Below are positions 17,186-24,832 of a stretch of 40,713 nucleotides of DNA, in pieces (position 1 is the first letter of the stretch; every line of letters begins with the position of its first letter). The translations under genes and the position numbers were made by a program. Below the pieces are notes generated by a model that was given only the letters and a program-made list of their open reading frames with translations, ran no database searches and had not been told where the DNA came from. This stretch comes from an uncultured Candidatus Saccharibacteria bacterium (GTDB lineage Bacteria > Patescibacteriota > Minisyncoccia > Phycocordibacterales > EsbW-18). Location: NCBI GenBank assembly GCA_964634615.1, contig CAZWLQ010000004.1:730-41442 (forward strand), written 5' to 3'.

Positions 17186-17213
17186 ACTCTACTCCCCCTC
17201 TCTTAATAGTCAA
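17186..17213 (-). promoter_or_regulatory. sigma70-type promoter candidate
   Basis: On the - strand: TTGACT (17213-17208), 16-nt spacer, TAGAGT (17191-17186). It starts 4 nt after the priA stop. The predicted +1 is near 17179. Confidence 0.45.
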
Positions 17214-17216
17214 CTC

Positions 17217-19133
17217 CTACAACAAACTTTCCGGCCCCACCTCAACCCGATACACCGGCGGAAGATTTTTTAAGCTTTCTTCAAGCGCCTCATTCGGCCA
17301 CTCGCTTGAGGGAATCTGAAGCAAGGCATGTGCGACAAACGAGCCTTTTATTTTTGAAACGAACGCAGGATACACAGAAATCGAATGGGGAGCGAAACGC
17401 TCTTTGAGCACTTCCAAATGTTCCATGACATCTTTTTGCTTTCCTTGAAGTGTGATTTTAATCGGAACACCATATGGAGGATAGGAGAACATTTTTCGTC
17501 GCTCATCTTCGCTTTTGAAGAACGCTAACCCGTCTCCTGCAAGTGCCATACGGAGTGTTTCTTGTTCAGGGCTCCTCGTTTGAACAATTAAACGTTTTAC
17601 CGTAATTTCTCGCATGAATGAAAGGAGATCAAAAAGTCGTTCTTGCATAAAAACATCCGGAAGCATTAGGAGTGTATCGAATGATGCGATAACCGATGTG
17701 TGCGGATTAACATCGCGGAGGTAGGGAAGCGCCCGCACGGTGCCGATTAAAATTCCGTTTGTGGATTCCCTCCAAGCGTTCATTATTTTCATCGCGTCGG
17801 CATGGCTCTTTGCGGTATCGTTTGAGAGAAGAAAGAGCGGCGCTTCTTTTTTGTATGACTTTAATAGGTCGTGGATTTTTTCAACCCCCATGCCGTATGC
17901 GTAGAGTCGCCATCCGCCACACGTGCCGCAGACGGTTTTTGCATCACGCTCCCTACCACACCGGTGACATGCAAAGTGTCTCCCTTCGATATCGCGCTCT
18001 CCTTGTTTTGGAAGATGCAGGACCATCGGCGCATCGCATCGGTCACAGGTAAGAACCGTGCCACAGTCCCTGCAGAGCGTCAGTGGTGTGTGACCCTTTC
18101 GCGTTGCGTAGATGAAGCTTCGCTCACCGCCTTCGATGGATCGACGGATAGCATCGGTTGCCTGCGGTGAGAGAACCGGTGACTCTCCTTGTGCGTGAGG
18201 AACCTCACGCATATCAACAAGTGACACCGCAGCGTTAGTTTGTTGATGCATCTGCGGTTTCAATACTTCTTCGTATTCATGCGCAAACGTTTTTGCAAGC
18301 GTCTCAATGCGAGCATAGGTATCACCAAAAATCACATCTACTCCTGCATGTCGTGCGAGCGATGTGATAACGCGTCGCGCGTCAATAAAAGGGCGTTCAG
18401 ATGATTTGTAGTAGGTCGATGATTCGTGTTCGACAATGTAGTGTGCGATGTCATGACGCCACACACTCAATGCAACGGTTGTGCCAACCACGAGAGTTGG
18501 ATCGTCGTGGGTCATCGCATGTTCCCATTGCTCACGCTGTTGTTTTGGTGTCATCGCGCTCGCTAAAAGAAATGAGTGGTCTTCAACACCTCGAGAAAGT
18601 TTTGTGAATACATCATCCGCTTCAGCCCGAGTCGGCGCGATAACAATTACTGATTTCTTTCGTGCGAATGATTCGCGAATGATGCTTCTGTAACGCGCAA
18701 GTCGCTCCTCATACGGGAGCTGAATCACGCGAGGAATCGTGTGAAGGTCATCTCTCTGATGTGTTGGTGGAACGCTTTCAAGAACACGTATGAAGTTTGT
18801 TGCCTGCATGAGTCCTTGCGGCAAGATACTGTAGAGTACCGTTCCGAGTGGCGCGGCATAGTAGTGCGAAAGATCGTTCGCGGCATGGATGAGTGCATTT
18901 GGAAGCGCTCGGGAAAGTAAAACGCGTTTTACTTTCTTCAATGCGTACGCTGCGCGACGGATATCGCTCGCATTTTCTGTTGCCTCCGTTACGGAAACAA
19001 CAAGCGCCGGCGCGTATTTTTTACGAATAGGGACTTCTACAAGCGCCCCCTCTTCCACGGGCAAGCTTGTGTAGTAGGAAAGGAGTTCTGGTGCAACACC
19101 ACGGAGAATCGGTACAACTGAAAGTATCTTCAT
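17217..19133 (-). CDS. priA: primosomal protein N' (PriA) homologue with degenerate ATPase motifs
   Basis: The ATG at 19133 is preferred (MKILSVVPIL). PriA-type Cys-rich zinc block CRDCG..CDRCD..CHRCG..CGTCGG, and overall collinearity with PriA. No GxGK(T/S) is present anywhere. VEHES sits where DEEH is expected. Confidence 0.85.
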   Translation of the reverse strand: MKILSVVPILRGVAPELLSYYTSLPVEEGALVEVPIRKKYAPALVVSVTEATENASDIRRAAYALKKVKRVLLSRALPNALIHAANDLSHYYAAPLGTVLYSILPQGLMQATNFIRVLESVPPTHQRDDLHTIPRVIQLPYEERLARYRSIIRESFARKKSVIVIAPTRAEADDVFTKLSRGVEDHSFLLASAMTPKQQREQWEHAMTHDDPTLVVGTTVALSVWRHDIAHYIVEHESSTYYKSSERPFIDARRVITSLARHAGVDVIFGDTYARIETLAKTFAHEYEEVLKPQMHQQTNAAVSLVDMREVPHAQGESPVLSPQATDAIRRSIEGGERSFIYATRKGHTPLTLCRDCGTVLTCDRCDAPMVLHLPKQGERDIEGRHFACHRCGRERDAKTVCGTCGGWRLYAYGMGVEKIHDLLKSYKKEAPLFLLSNDTAKSHADAMKIMNAWRESTNGILIGTVRALPYLRDVNPHTSVIASFDTLLMLPDVFMQERLFDLLSFMREITVKRLIVQTRSPEQETLRMALAGDGLAFFKSEDERRKMFSYPPYGVPIKITLQGKQKDVMEHLEVLKERFAPHSISVYPAFVSKIKGSFVAHALLQIPSSEWPNEALEESLKNLPPVYRVEVGPESLL

Positions 19134-19240
19134 AGTGAAATGTCGTGGGGTCATTTTAGCACGAGGCATCAGCGAGCCATGAATGGGCCTCTATATCGAT
19201 GTTTCGCGGTCGTTCGACTCTCTAGTATCATGATCTCTGC

Positions 19241-20593
19241 ATGACAGAATCACTTGATTTCAAAGTAGAAGGTGGCCGAAAGCTTAAGGGCACCATCGCA
19301 ACCAATTTTTCAAAAAATGGCTCCGTCGTTCTTATTTGTGCGGCATTACTCAATAAGGGTGTTACGCGACTTCACGGCATCTCGAGGATCGAAGAAGTAA
19401 ATCGATTGCTCGAGATTATCAAGAGCATTGGCGTACAGGTTTCCTGGATTGACAAGAACAGTATCGAGATCGTTCCTCCGAAAAAATTCAAAATGAATCA
19501 TCTGGACAAAGACGCTGCTGCGAAAGTGCGCTCAAGTCTTATGTTCATCGGCTCACTGATTCATCATCTCCCCCAATTTAAACTCCCGCATGCGGGTGGG
19601 TGCAAAATGGGAAACCGAACGATTGCTGCGCATCGCTACGGGCTCGAAGAGCTCGGAGTAAAGATTGCCACCAAGGAATCTCATTACGAAATTTCGACAA
19701 AGAAACTGAAGCCCGCAGATATTGTGATGTATGAGGCCGGCGATACTGCGGCCAACAATCTTTTGATGGCGGCCGCTCTTATCCCAGGAACGACAATCAT
19801 TCGATTTGCACCTCCGAACTATCAGGTACAAGAGCTGTGTTTTTTCCTTGAAACAATGGGTGTGCGGATTGAGGGCATTGGCACAACGACACTCACCGTG
19901 CATGGCATCAAAAGCTTCAATGCACCTCTTGAGTACACCAACAGTGAAGATCCAATCGAATCGATGATGTTTATCTCTGCTGCGATTACCACAAACTCAA
20001 GACTCACGATCACGCGCGCACCGATTGACTTTCTCTCCGTTGAACTTCTGAAGCTTGAAAAGATGGGATTGAAATACAAAAAGAGCAAGCGATATAAATC
20101 GTACAACGGTCGCACCGATTTGGTTGATCTTACAGTCATGCCATCAAAACTTTCTGCTGTGTCAGACAAGATTCATGCATTGCCGTATCCCGGTATCAAT
20201 ACCGATAACCTTCCGTTTTTTGTGCCGATTGCGACGCAAACCGACGGGGTAACGCTTGTTCACGATTGGATGTGGGAGAATCGTGCCATTTATTTCACCG
20301 AACTCAATCGACTTGGAGCAAATGTGCTTCTCGCTGATCCACATCGCGTATTCGTTACGGGAAAGACAAAGCTTAAAGGCGCACAGGTGGTCTGTCCGCC
20401 AGCACTTCGCCCCGCGATGATTATCCTGATTGCGATGCTTGCGGCAGAAGGCACGTCAATACTTCGAAATGTCTACTCCATCAATCGTGGCTATGAAGAA
20501 ATCGCTTTACGTCTGAACTCAATCGGTGCACACATCGAGGTGTTGCACAGTGCGTACGAGCGGTTGAAAAAGGCCTCAAAAACGGTACGATAG
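19241..20593 (+). CDS. murA: UDP-N-acetylglucosamine 1-carboxyvinyltransferase
   Basis: Enolpyruvyl-transferase architecture. N-terminal VEGGRKLKGTI..SKNGSV, and the active-site Cys loop HAGGCKMGNRTIAAH. Confidence 0.85.
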   Translation: MTESLDFKVEGGRKLKGTIATNFSKNGSVVLICAALLNKGVTRLHGISRIEEVNRLLEIIKSIGVQVSWIDKNSIEIVPPKKFKMNHLDKDAAAKVRSSLMFIGSLIHHLPQFKLPHAGGCKMGNRTIAAHRYGLEELGVKIATKESHYEISTKKLKPADIVMYEAGDTAANNLLMAAALIPGTTIIRFAPPNYQVQELCFFLETMGVRIEGIGTTTLTVHGIKSFNAPLEYTNSEDPIESMMFISAAITTNSRLTITRAPIDFLSVELLKLEKMGLKYKKSKRYKSYNGRTDLVDLTVMPSKLSAVSDKIHALPYPGINTDNLPFFVPIATQTDGVTLVHDWMWENRAIYFTELNRLGANVLLADPHRVFVTGKTKLKGAQVVCPPALRPAMIILIAMLAAEGTSILRNVYSINRGYEEIALRLNSIGAHIEVLHSAYERLKKASKTVR

Positions 20594-20599
20594 TGAGGC

Positions 20600-21616
20600 A
20601 TGTTTAAGATCTTCTCCAAAAAACTCGGCATTGACCTTGGTACTGCGAACGTCCTTGTCTTTGTGCCGGGTAAGGGAATTGTCTTAAATGAACCGTCGGT
20701 TGTTGCGGTCTCCGAATCTGACAACAAAATCCTTGCGATTGGTGTCGAGGCAAAGCGCATGATTGGAAAAACGCCAGACGATATCATTGCGTATCGTCCA
20801 ATGAAAGATGGTGTGATTGCGGACTACCGTGTCACCGAAGCAATGCTCCGCTACTTCATGGACAAGGCGTTGGGTCGTTGGAGTATTTTTAAACCAGACG
20901 TCTTGATTTCAGTGCCTGCGGGTGTTACCTCAACCGAGCGACGCGCAGTGGTCGAGGCAGCAATCAAAGCAGGTGCAAAGCAGGCGTACGTCATCAAGGA
21001 GCCAATTCTCGCAGCGATTGGTGCAGGCATTCCTATCCACGACCCAGAAGGGCACATGATTGTTGATATCGGCGGCGGCACCACAGATGTCGCAGTGATT
21101 TCCCTCGGCGGTATCGTGACGTGTACATCGGTTAAAGTTGCGGGGAATAAAATTGATCAAGCGATTGTTGATTACATCAAAAAAAATTACAACCTCTCAA
21201 TCGGCGAGAAGACCGCAGAGGATATCAAAATTAAGATTGGTTCTGCGGTGCCTGTCGAAGAGGAGCTTTCAATGACCGCAAAGGGTCGCGACTTGGTGAC
21301 AGGCCTTCCACGCGAAATGGAAATCAAAACCAACGAGGTGGTGAAGGCGATTCGAAAGGAGCTGCGTGAAATGGTCCGCGCGATTAAAGATGTTTTCCAA
21401 GAAACACCGCCCGAGCTCGCTGCTGATATCATCGGCAAAGGCATGATGATGACCGGCGGAACATCGCAGCTCCGCAACCTTCCCGAATTGATGTTCCGTG
21501 CAACCGGCGTTCCTGCTCGTTTGGCGGACGAGGCACTCTTTTGTGTGGTCAAAGGAACCGGTATTGCGCTTGAGCACCTGGACACCTACAAGAAATCGAT
21601 TATCGCGAAACGCTAG
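20600..21616 (+). CDS. mreB: rod shape-determining actin homologue MreB
   Basis: GIDLGTANVLVF, DIGGGTTDVAVISLGG and MTGGTSQLRNL. Confidence 0.95.
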   Translation: MFKIFSKKLGIDLGTANVLVFVPGKGIVLNEPSVVAVSESDNKILAIGVEAKRMIGKTPDDIIAYRPMKDGVIADYRVTEAMLRYFMDKALGRWSIFKPDVLISVPAGVTSTERRAVVEAAIKAGAKQAYVIKEPILAAIGAGIPIHDPEGHMIVDIGGGTTDVAVISLGGIVTCTSVKVAGNKIDQAIVDYIKKNYNLSIGEKTAEDIKIKIGSAVPVEEELSMTAKGRDLVTGLPREMEIKTNEVVKAIRKELREMVRAIKDVFQETPPELAADIIGKGMMMTGGTSQLRNLPELMFRATGVPARLADEALFCVVKGTGIALEHLDTYKKSIIAKR

Positions 21617-21635
21617 TGTACACGAACCTCGCATT

Positions 21636-22265
21636 ATGTTCCTCAATCACCACGCATATCTTGTGAAAGGACGTATTGGCGAAACCTCGCCGATAGCATT
21701 TTTAACTGAGCAAAACATTACGCTTCCATCGGAAGCTCTTCTGACGCGGCATACGTTTGAAACACTTGGTATTGATGACGCACGAGCACTGTTTGCCTTA
21801 CAGATGCGAAAAACCGAAGAGGGGACGGTGTCGGTGTTCTTGATTGAAACATCATTTATAACCCGCGAAGCCCAAAACGCGCTTCTGAAAATGCTCGAGG
21901 AACCTTCTATTGATTCTCTCTTTATTGTTGTCACGCCACATCCAGAGCTCCTCTTGCCTACATTACAATCGCGCTTTGCAAAGAGTGAACATGCGGATGT
22001 CGCTGACACATCGCGCGGAAAGAATTTTCTCGCTGCCTCACAGAAAGAACGTGCAAAAATCATCACTGCTATACTTGAAGACGAGGGCCGCAGTTCCGCA
22101 GAGTCTTTGATTCGCGATATCGTTATTGAGCTTCATCGAAAGAGTCTACGCGGAGAATACGCCCCTCTTCTTGAGAAACTCGAAATGCTACGACGATATG
22201 CGACCGACACATCATCATCAATGAAGATGATTCTTGAATACGTTGCGCTCGCACTACCACAATGA
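21636..22265 (+). CDS. holB: short DNA polymerase III delta'-like clamp-loader subunit
   Basis: The ATG at 21636 is preferred because it lies after the mreB stop. HHAYLVKG, AQNALLKMLEEP and LLPTLQSRF are present. It is only 209 aa and has no P-loop. Confidence 0.55.
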   Translation: MFLNHHAYLVKGRIGETSPIAFLTEQNITLPSEALLTRHTFETLGIDDARALFALQMRKTEEGTVSVFLIETSFITREAQNALLKMLEEPSIDSLFIVVTPHPELLLPTLQSRFAKSEHADVADTSRGKNFLAASQKERAKIITAILEDEGRSSAESLIRDIVIELHRKSLRGEYAPLLEKLEMLRRYATDTSSSMKMILEYVALALPQ

Positions 22266-22978
22266 TGCACTCCAAACATGTTTTGCTCTTGGTATTTCTG
22301 CTCCTCGCCTCTTCTGCGCAGGCTTTTTCAACGTCAATAAGCGATGTGTTGATTTTTACAGAGATCAACGATGTCCGACAAGAGCATGATCGAGAGGAGC
22401 TTATCCGCGATGCCACACTCGACGTACTTGCGCAGGAAAAACTTGACGACATGTTTGCGCGTGATTACTTTTCACACAAAGACCCTAACGGCCTTGGTAC
22501 CGCGGTTGCCGCCAAGAATGCAGGATATCGCTTTACTGTTCTTGGAGAAAACCTCGCGATGGGTTCATATGACGATATAGAAATGCTCGTTGATGCGTGG
22601 ATGGAGAGTAGCGGCCATCGAAAGAATCTTCTCGATGATCGCTTCACAAACACCGGCATCGCCTCAGGCATCGGTGAATTCAACGGCGAAGAAACATTCA
22701 TTGCCGTTCAGATTTTTGCCCGACCCCACGGAGCATGCAAGAACCCGTCAGCAGAAATAGCTGCCTATATCGCACGTGGAGAAACATACACAAAAAATAT
22801 CGCCGCACTCATGAGTGTCTATGCGACGAGTATGGGCGGAGCATCAAACGGCAGTGTACGCGCACTCACCAATCAAGTGTCTGTGCTTATGACAGTTTTT
22901 CTCCGTTCGCTGGATGAAAAAATTAAAGAGTATGACAATCAAATTGCTGAATTCGAAGCATGTATGGGTGAAGGATAG
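22262..22978 (+). CDS. secreted CAP/SCP/PR-1 (YkwD-like) domain protein
   Basis: Signal peptide MMHSKHVLLLVFLLLASSAQA. YFSHKDPNG, GENLAMG and WMESSGHRKNLL. ATGA overlap with the preceding gene. Confidence 0.85.
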   Translation: MMHSKHVLLLVFLLLASSAQAFSTSISDVLIFTEINDVRQEHDREELIRDATLDVLAQEKLDDMFARDYFSHKDPNGLGTAVAAKNAGYRFTVLGENLAMGSYDDIEMLVDAWMESSGHRKNLLDDRFTNTGIASGIGEFNGEETFIAVQIFARPHGACKNPSAEIAAYIARGETYTKNIAALMSVYATSMGGASNGSVRALTNQVSVLMTVFLRSLDEKIKEYDNQIAEFEACMGEG

Positions 22979-23032
22979 GAATGATATACTCTGTGGTATG
23001 CAGAAGTTTAATCTTCATAATCCTTCTACGCT

Positions 23033-23536
23033 ATGAACTCTCAAGAAAATCAAACACGAACACTCCGTATCACCGTTGGTATCGCTATTCTCGTTGTTGT
23101 TGTCGGTGCTATTTGGTACATGACACGATCGTCCGGAGACGATTTTGAGTTTAACGCTGCAACAACGACACGCTCTGGAGATGATACTCGTGCTATCGCG
23201 GGACAAAGCCAAAACATCATCGTGTACGCACCGCGAATGAATGAGCGTGTTGGAACACCAGTGATTGTTGAAGGTGAAGCCCGTGTATTTGAGAATGTGG
23301 TGAATTACCGACTTGTTGATGCAAATGGCAAAGAACTTGCAGAAGGGTTTGCAACTGCAGATGCTCCTGACATAGGACAATTCGGTGCATTCCGTGGCGA
23401 ATTGAATTATGTATCAAATGCTGATCAGAAAGGAACCGTCGAAATCTTCTGGTATTCGGCAAAAGACGGTTCAGAAGTTGATAAAGTCACTATTCCCGTA
23501 ACGATTACCAAGACACCTGAATTCATCAAGGGGTAA
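23033..23536 (+). CDS. membrane-anchored Gmad2-type immunoglobulin-like domain protein
   Basis: Transmembrane anchor ITVGIAILVVVVGAIWY. IIVYAPRMNERVGTPVIVEGEARVFENVVNYRLVDANGKELAEGFATA...GAFRGEL matches the Gmad2 pattern as I recall it. Confidence 0.7.
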   Translation: MNSQENQTRTLRITVGIAILVVVVGAIWYMTRSSGDDFEFNAATTTRSGDDTRAIAGQSQNIIVYAPRMNERVGTPVIVEGEARVFENVVNYRLVDANGKELAEGFATADAPDIGQFGAFRGELNYVSNADQKGTVEIFWYSAKDGSEVDKVTIPVTITKTPEFIKG

Positions 23537-23537
23537 G

Positions 23538-23578
23538 TGCGAACAGAACGCAAGCAATCTCGCGAATTAACGCGAATA
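23538..23578 (+). repeat. four phased GCGAAT-like boxes
   Basis: GCGAAC at 23539, GCAAGC at 23550, GCGAAT at 23562, GCGAAT at 23572. Spacing is 11, 12 and 10 nt. They lie between the stop (23536) and the terminator. Confidence 0.55.
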
Positions 23579-23582
23579 AAAC

Positions 23583-23611
23583 AAAAAGGCCTTATTTAAA
23601 AGGGTCTTTTT
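23583..23611 (+). terminator. rho-independent terminator
   Basis: AAAAAGGCC (23583-23591) pairs with GGTCTTTTT (23603-23611), including one G.U. The loop is 11 nt. Confidence 0.6.
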
Positions 23612-23639
23612 GCTACGGAAAGAAAGTGATGAGAGGGTA

Positions 23640-23667
23640 TTGACAAATAAATTGCGGGCGCTATAAT
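23640..23667 (+). promoter_or_regulatory. near-consensus sigma70 promoter
   Basis: TTGACA (23640-23645), 16-nt spacer, TATAAT (23662-23667). This is the best promoter match in the window. Confidence 0.75.
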
Positions 23668-23673
23668 ACGCCC

Positions 23674-24032
23674 AGGAAGCTGCCCGGATGCACCGGCCAA
23701 CAGCTATCCGCGCGGAGATCAACTCGATGATGCGGAACCAGTTCACCTAAACGTAACGCCGGCGCGACAAGAGGCTGCCATAGCCAAGCGGTGGAGCAAC
23801 CAGCGGGCAATTGCTCGGAAGACGGTTGTTGCACCGTGAACAAACGATGGAAGAGCGCGTAGTAGGGATCGTCGGCCGAAGCACGCGTGGCGAGTTAACC
23901 CTCTCCCGTAATTGCCGAGTCACCATTGCCACCATCGTGCAGTAAGCAAGTGCGCGAGCCGTTCTCTCTCGAGCGCGACTCCCAGCTTGTGAACACCCCC
24001 TCCGGACTTCGGTTCGGGGGGATTTTCTTTTT
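23674..24032 (+). ncRNA. roughly 360-nt G+C-rich structured RNA, class unassigned
   Basis: It runs from the predicted +1 to a C5/G6 hairpin plus UUUUCUUUUU (23996-24032). There is no + strand ORF of 60 aa or more. 5' AAGCUG (23677-23682) pairs with CAGCUU (23983-23988). Verified local helices include 23684-23696, 23773-23785, 23794-23816, 23789-23836 and 23844-23872. Confidence 0.65.
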
Positions 24033-24038
24033 GCTACA

Positions 24039-24716
24039 ATGCCTCTCATGACCCCCGCAAAACTCCTCGAGCGAAAGAAACGATTCATTGCCTTCAACAA
24101 GGTTTTAAAGAAACTCTACCCTGAAGCAAAAATTGCCCTCAATTTCAAAAATAACTGGGAGCTTCTGGTTGCGGTTGAACTCTCTGCTCAATGCACTGAT
24201 AAAAAAGTGAATGAAGTCACCGCAACGCTTTTCAAAAAGTACAAAACACTCGACGATTACGTGAACGCAACGTTTGAGGAGTTCTCTCAAGATATCCGTC
24301 AAACCGGTTTTTTCAATAACAAGGCAAAGAATATTCTCGCGGCTGCCAAAATGGTTCGCGATCAATTTAAAGGAAAACTTCCAAAGACGATGGGGGAGAT
24401 ACTTACAATCCCTGGTGTTGCTCGGAAGACCGGCAACGTGGTGCTTGGAAATGCATACGGAGTCGTCGAAGGCATCGCGGTTGATACCCATATCAAACGC
24501 TTTTCACAAAAGTTTGATTTAACCGATCATAAAGACCCCGTAAAAATCGAACGCGATTTGATGGAGATTATTCCAAAAGATGAATGGTTTGGTTTTACGT
24601 ACCGCTTGATTGATTATGGCCGCGCTATTTGCAAAGCAAACCAACACGATTGTGCAGAGCACCCACTCACAAAAATCTACCCGAAAGCAGCGCATGTCTG
24701 GCCGAAAGCGAGATAA
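24039..24716 (+). CDS. nth: endonuclease III (HhH-GPD DNA glycosylase/AP lyase)
   Basis: LLVAVELSAQCTDKKVN, the HhH-GPD segment LTIPGVARKTGNVVL, and VDTHIKR. ATG 24048 is an alternative start. Confidence 0.9.
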   Translation: MPLMTPAKLLERKKRFIAFNKVLKKLYPEAKIALNFKNNWELLVAVELSAQCTDKKVNEVTATLFKKYKTLDDYVNATFEEFSQDIRQTGFFNNKAKNILAAAKMVRDQFKGKLPKTMGEILTIPGVARKTGNVVLGNAYGVVEGIAVDTHIKRFSQKFDLTDHKDPVKIERDLMEIIPKDEWFGFTYRLIDYGRAICKANQHDCAEHPLTKIYPKAAHVWPKAR

Positions 24717-24810
24717 ACCCATCTGAAAATCTGGGTTCCCGAGGCAAAGACGAGCATTCCGCAGTTCACGTAGAACGACTGTAGCCAGGGAGGGGTTTTC
24801 AGATGGGTTT
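24715..24810. repeat. 15-bp perfect inverted repeat with 66-nt spacer
   Basis: AAACCCATCTGAAAA (24715-24729) and TTTTCAGATGGGTTT (24796-24810). The left arm starts inside the nth stop codon. Confidence 0.8.
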
Positions 24811-24832
24811 AAATCAGTACACTTGAGGCGAT

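Noticed and set aside
23674-24032. Calling the orphan RNA RNase P RNA, tmRNA, SRP RNA or 6S RNA
   Set aside because: A P1-like end helix exists, but several expected features are missing. There is no GGAAAGUCC/P4 partner, no ACAGAA..GGCUUA, no T-arm or CCA, no plausible tag peptide and no GGAA/AGCAGC helix-8 motif. It is also too long for 6S. The class is left unassigned rather than forced.
23747-24100. 117-aa Arg-rich ORF on the - strand (and 23661..23843)
   Set aside because: It overlaps the nth start and lies antisense to a promoter/terminator-bounded G+C-rich RNA. Its R/S/P-rich composition is typical of spurious frames in structured RNA.
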